64,000 nt of DNA, from contig JALWUQ010000054.1 in the NCBI GenBank assembly GCA_026993075.1, positions 60,676 through 124,675 of the forward strand. Direction: 5' to 3'. Shown here piece after piece: positions 60,677-64,000 of the stretch (position 1 is its first letter; every line of letters begins with the position of its first letter). This stretch comes from Campylobacteraceae bacterium (GTDB lineage Bacteria > Campylobacterota > Campylobacteria > Campylobacterales > JALSKU01). Below the pieces are notes generated by a model. The model did not search any database. It was given only the letters and a program-made list of their open reading frames with translations, and was not told the DNA's origin. The position numbers were made by a program, and so were the translations under genes.

Positions 60677-61549
60677 TTAATTTTCCATAATTTCATTTAC
60701 GGCTTTTCCTATCTCAGCAGGACTAACTACAACTTTTACTCCAGCAGCCTCAAGAGCTTCCATTTTCTCTTTGGCAGTCCCGCTACCTCCACTTACAATA
60801 GCTCCTGCATGACCCATTCTTTTACCTTTTGGTGCAGTTTGACCCGCTATAAAAGCCACAACAGGCTTAGAGACATGTTCTTTTATATATTTTGCAGCTT
60901 GAATTTCAAGATCTCCACCTATCTCGCCTATCATAACAATAGCTTTAGTATCTGGATCAGCTTCAAACATCGGTAAAAGTTGTAAATAACTAAGCCCGAT
61001 GATTGGGTCTCCGCCTATTCCAACTGCAGTTGTGATACCCCATCCCTCTTCGCAAACTTGATTTGCTGCTTCATAGGTTAATGTTCCACTTTTAGAAATA
61101 AGCCCTACAATACCTCTTTTAAACACCATTCCTGGCATAATACCTATCTTGCACTCTTCGGCTGTGATAATACCAGGGCAATTTGGACCTATAGTTTTCA
61201 TACCATTTTTAACCGCATAAGCTTTTGCTTTCATCATATCTTGTACAGGAGCACCTTCAGTTATAATAACGGCGAGCTCTATTCCTGCATCAGCTGCTTC
61301 CATAACCGCATCAGCTACAAATGCAGGTGGTACAAATACCATAGATACAGTAGCACCTGTGGTCTTAACTGCCTCTTTAACAGTATTAAATACCGGCTTT
61401 TCAAGATGCTTCATTCCACCTTTACCCGGAGTCACGCCACCAACTATCTTAGTACCATAGGCCAAACACTGCTCAGCATGAAAAGAACCCTCTTTTCCGG
61501 TAAAACCTTGGACTATTACTTTTGTATCTTTATTTACCAAAATACTCAT
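60677..61549 (-). CDS. sucD: succinyl-CoA synthetase alpha subunit
   Basis: 290 aa. The phosphohistidine loop reads [13 protein letters not shown], and [10 protein letters not shown] is present. Confidence 0.95.
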   Translation of the reverse strand: MSILVNKDTKVIVQGFTGKEGSFHAEQCLAYGTKIVGGVTPGKGGMKHLEKPVFNTVKEAVKTTGATVSMVFVPPAFVADAVMEAADAGIELAVIITEGAPVQDMMKAKAYAVKNGMKTIGPNCPGIITAEECKIGIMPGMVFKRGIVGLISKSGTLTYEAANQVCEEGWGITTAVGIGGDPIIGLSYLQLLPMFEADPDTKAIVMIGEIGGDLEIQAAKYIKEHVSKPVVAFIAGQTAPKGKRMGHAGAIVSGGSGTAKEKMEALEAAGVKVVVSPAEIGKAVNEIMEN

Positions 61550-62721
61550 TTTATCTCTCCTTTAGCTGCTGCAACCGCTTTTTTAGCTCCATCTAACAAA
61601 TCAGTTGCTGAAATTATATTATTAATATTTGAGTTTTTCAAAATCTCTGCAGCCTCAGGTGCATTTGTACCATCAAGTCTAACAATAACAGGAACATGAA
61701 CATCTACTTTTTTTGTTGCTTCTATAATTCCATTTGCAATCCTATCGCATCTTACAATTCCGCCAAAAATATTAACAAAGATAGATTTGACATTTTGATC
61801 ACTTAAAATAATTTCAAAACCTTTTGCAACAGTTTCAGGATTGGCAGAGCCACCCACATCTAAAAAGTTTGCAGGAGTACCGCCGACATAATTTATTGTA
61901 TCCATAGTTCCCATAGCAAGTCCTGCTCCATTTACCATGCATCCAACATCACCATGAAGTTTAATATAACTTAATCCATATTTTTTAGCTTCAGTTTCAG
62001 TAGGAACTTCTTCACTTAAATCTCTCATAGCCTCGATATCAGGATGCCTATATAAAGCATTATCATCAAATCCTATCTTAGCATCAAGAGCAATAAAATC
62101 TCCAGCTTTTGTTCTTAAAAGCGGATTTATCTCTATAAGTTCAACATCATTTTCCATATAAACTTTATAAAGTGCATTAGCAAATTTTATAAATTTACCT
62201 ATTTGTTCTTTTGGAAGATTCAGCCCAAAAGCAAGTTCTCTTCCATGAAATCCTTGAAAACCGATACTAGGATCAATTGCTACTTTTACAATCTTTTCAG
62301 GAGATTCGCTCGCAACTTTTTCTATCTCCATTCCACCTTCGGTGCTTGCCATCATAACAGGCATCTCTTTTGCTCTGTCTAATACCATGCCAAGATAAAA
62401 CTCAGACTCTATATCAGCACCCTCTTCAATATAAACTTTTTGAACAAGTTTTCCCTCAGGTCCGGTTTGATGGGTTACAAGAGTCATGCCAAGAATTTGT
62501 GAAGCAAGCTCTCTTACCTCATCAATACTTTTAGCAAGTTTAACACCACCTCCAAGTCCTCTTCCTCCGGCGTGTATCTGAGCTTTAACTACCCAAATTT
62601 TTCCACCTAACTCTTTAGCATTTGCAACTGCTTCATCAACAGTAGTTGCTACTTTTCCTCTTGGAGTCGGCACACCGTATTTTCTAAATATCTCTTTTGC
62701 TTGATATTCGTGTATATTCAA
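61546..62721 (-). CDS. sucC: succinyl-CoA synthetase beta subunit
   Basis: 391 aa. The ATP-grasp N-terminus is [12 protein letters not shown] and [10 protein letters not shown] is present. It overlaps sucD by 4 nt. Confidence 0.95.
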   Translation of the reverse strand: MNIHEYQAKEIFRKYGVPTPRGKVATTVDEAVANAKELGGKIWVVKAQIHAGGRGLGGGVKLAKSIDEVRELASQILGMTLVTHQTGPEGKLVQKVYIEEGADIESEFYLGMVLDRAKEMPVMMASTEGGMEIEKVASESPEKIVKVAIDPSIGFQGFHGRELAFGLNLPKEQIGKFIKFANALYKVYMENDVELIEINPLLRTKAGDFIALDAKIGFDDNALYRHPDIEAMRDLSEEVPTETEAKKYGLSYIKLHGDVGCMVNGAGLAMGTMDTINYVGGTPANFLDVGGSANPETVAKGFEIILSDQNVKSIFVNIFGGIVRCDRIANGIIEATKKVDVHVPVIVRLDGTNAPEAAEILKNSNINNIISATDLLDGAKKAVAAAKGEIK

Positions 62722-62731
62722 TATTTCCTCC

Positions 62732-63292
62732 TTAGTCTTTTATTTCAAATTTTGCTCGTCCTATATCATACAAATCATTTCCATAAGTATCGTTTATAAC
62801 AGTTACAGGAAAATCCTCAACCCCAAGTTTTCTTATAGCCTCAGGTCCAAGTTCCGGATAAGCTATAACTTCAGCACTTTTTATAGTTTTGCCTATGAGT
62901 GCTCCTGCTCCTCCGGTTGCTCCAAAATAGATAGCTTTATATTTTTGACAAGCATCTTTTACTGCTTGATTTCTTTTACCTTTTCCTATCATCCCTTTTT
63001 GACCTTTTGATATAAGAAGAGGAGAATATGCATCCATCCTATAACTTGTTGTCGGTCCTGCACTTCCTATAGGATCTCCTGGTTTTGGAGGAGTAGGCCC
63101 TACAAAATAAATAACACTTCCTTTTAAATCAAAAGGTAACTCTTTTCCCTCATCAATCAAGTCAACCAGCCTTTTATGGGCAGCATCTCTTGCTGTAAAC
63201 ATTGTTCCAGTTAGATATACAATATCACCGGCTTTTAGTTGAATTACATCTTCGTCACTTAATGGCATTGTTAAATGGTATGTTTTACTCAT
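62732..63292 (-). CDS. class I (Fe-S) fumarate hydratase, beta subunit (C-terminal domain type)
   Basis: 186 aa. [14 protein letters not shown] and [10 protein letters not shown] are typical of FumA C-terminal/TtdB-type subunits. The TCA context favours fumarase over tartrate dehydratase. Confidence 0.8.
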   Translation of the reverse strand: MSKTYHLTMPLSDEDVIQLKAGDIVYLTGTMFTARDAAHKRLVDLIDEGKELPFDLKGSVIYFVGPTPPKPGDPIGSAGPTTSYRMDAYSPLLISKGQKGMIGKGKRNQAVKDACQKYKAIYFGATGGAGALIGKTIKSAEVIAYPELGPEAIRKLGVEDFPVTVINDTYGNDLYDIGRAKFEIKD

Positions 63293-63302
63293 TTTTTTAT
63301 CC

Positions 63303-64000
63303 TTATAACACTATATGTGAGTGTCTTGAGCTATGACACTGAACATTTACACTTACAGGAAGCGAAGCGATATGACAAGGCTGTCTTTCTATATGAACCG
63401 CCAACACGGTTTTAGTTCCGCCCATACCCATAGCACCGATTCCTAGCTTATTAAGCTCTTCTAAAATCTCTTTTTCAAATTCATCAAGTTCCGGATTTTC
63501 ATTATCAGTGCCAGCTTCTCTAAAAAGTGCATGCTTGCTAGAAATTGCAGCTTTTTCAAATGTACCGCCTATACCTATACCAACGATTATAGGAGGACAG
63601 GGATTTGGTCCGGCATTGCTGATAACTTCTTTTACAAATTTTAAAATTCCTGGTTTTCCCTGTGCCGGAGCAAGTACCGTAGCACGACTTACATTTTCAC
63701 TGCCACCACCTTTTGCTGCATATTCGATATCGAGTTTATCGCCCTCCACCAAATCAAAGTGTATAACAGCCGGCAAATTATATCCCACTTTATCTTTTAA
63801 ATTATCTCTAGTAAAACAATCACAAGTAGAAGCTCTGAGATATCCCTCTTTATAACCTATTTCAGTTCCTTTATTGATGGCATCTCTAAGCGAGCCGCCT
63901 TTTACTCTAAAATCCTCTCCTACTTTTACAAAAAATACAGCTAAACCGGTATCTTGACATAGTGGTCTATCTTCTGTCCTTGCAATTTCCGCATTTTCAA
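63303..64000 (-). CDS. class I (Fe-S) fumarate hydratase, alpha subunit; 5' end beyond the right edge
   Basis: The frame stays open past the track's internal Met to the window end. Upstream it reads ...ENAEIARTEDRPLCQDTGLAVFFVKVGEDF..., where CQDTG is the Fe-S ligand motif. Confidence 0.82.
   Translation of the reverse strand, partial: ENAEIARTEDRPLCQDTGLAVFFVKVGEDFRVKGGSLRDAINKGTEIGYKEGYLRASTCDCFTRDNLKDKVGYNLPAVIHFDLVEGDKLDIEYAAKGGGSENVSRATVLAPAQGKPGILKFVKEVISNAGPNPCPPIIVGIGIGGTFEKAAISSKHALFREAGTDNENPELDEFEKEILEELNKLGIGAMGMGGTKTVLAVHIERQPCHIASLPVSVNVQCHSSRHSHIVL

Overview
Gene-dense chromosomal segment of about 64 kb, roughly 30% GC by eye, from an AT-rich member of the Campylobacterota. 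As I recall the C. jejuni genome, gene order over large stretches matches it: tyrS-spoT-rpoZ-pyrH-M23-ftsX-ftsE-trmB-flpA-rluD/rodA, the cts competence locus, hslVU-era, vacJ-ttg2D-RND and sucCD-oorDABC. I support about 65 CDSs, most on the minus strand, plus RNase P RNA, one tRNA(CAT), a TPP riboswitch on thiC, and two hairpin terminators. Content is mainly housekeeping: Cys/Met synthesis, cell-wall and division genes, stringent response, TCA/OOR, acetate uptake and activation, and ValRS/TyrRS. Also present are a complete type II secretion/type IV pilus-like DNA-uptake machine, two OmpR-type two-component systems, a soluble CZB chemoreceptor and an MlaA-MlaC-RND lipid module. I saw no CRISPR array, cas gene, transposase, integrase, prophage or recognisable defence island. 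The most unusual locus is the 850-bp non-coding gap between thiC and cfa (46001-46771). It holds three homologous elements bounded by inverted repeats, two of 124 nt and one of 268 nt with perfect 32-bp arms. All share the core CTTACGCA/TGCGTAAG, show paired substitutions in the stems, and carry internal -10 boxes and a conserved hairpin with an anti-Shine-Dalgarno loop. I cannot assign them to any RNA or mobile-element family I know. Secondary oddities: two genes (era and a small membrane-anchored HTH protein) whose conserved N-termini lie upstream of any ATG/GTG/TTG and seem to need ATA starts; a Met-rich CpxP/Spy-like protein next to a two-component system; and an uncharacterised FmdE-like/DUF59/12-TM/DUF2249-like/CopD-like operon. 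All calls rest on motif recognition by eye and the supplied ORF track. No database search or folding program was run.
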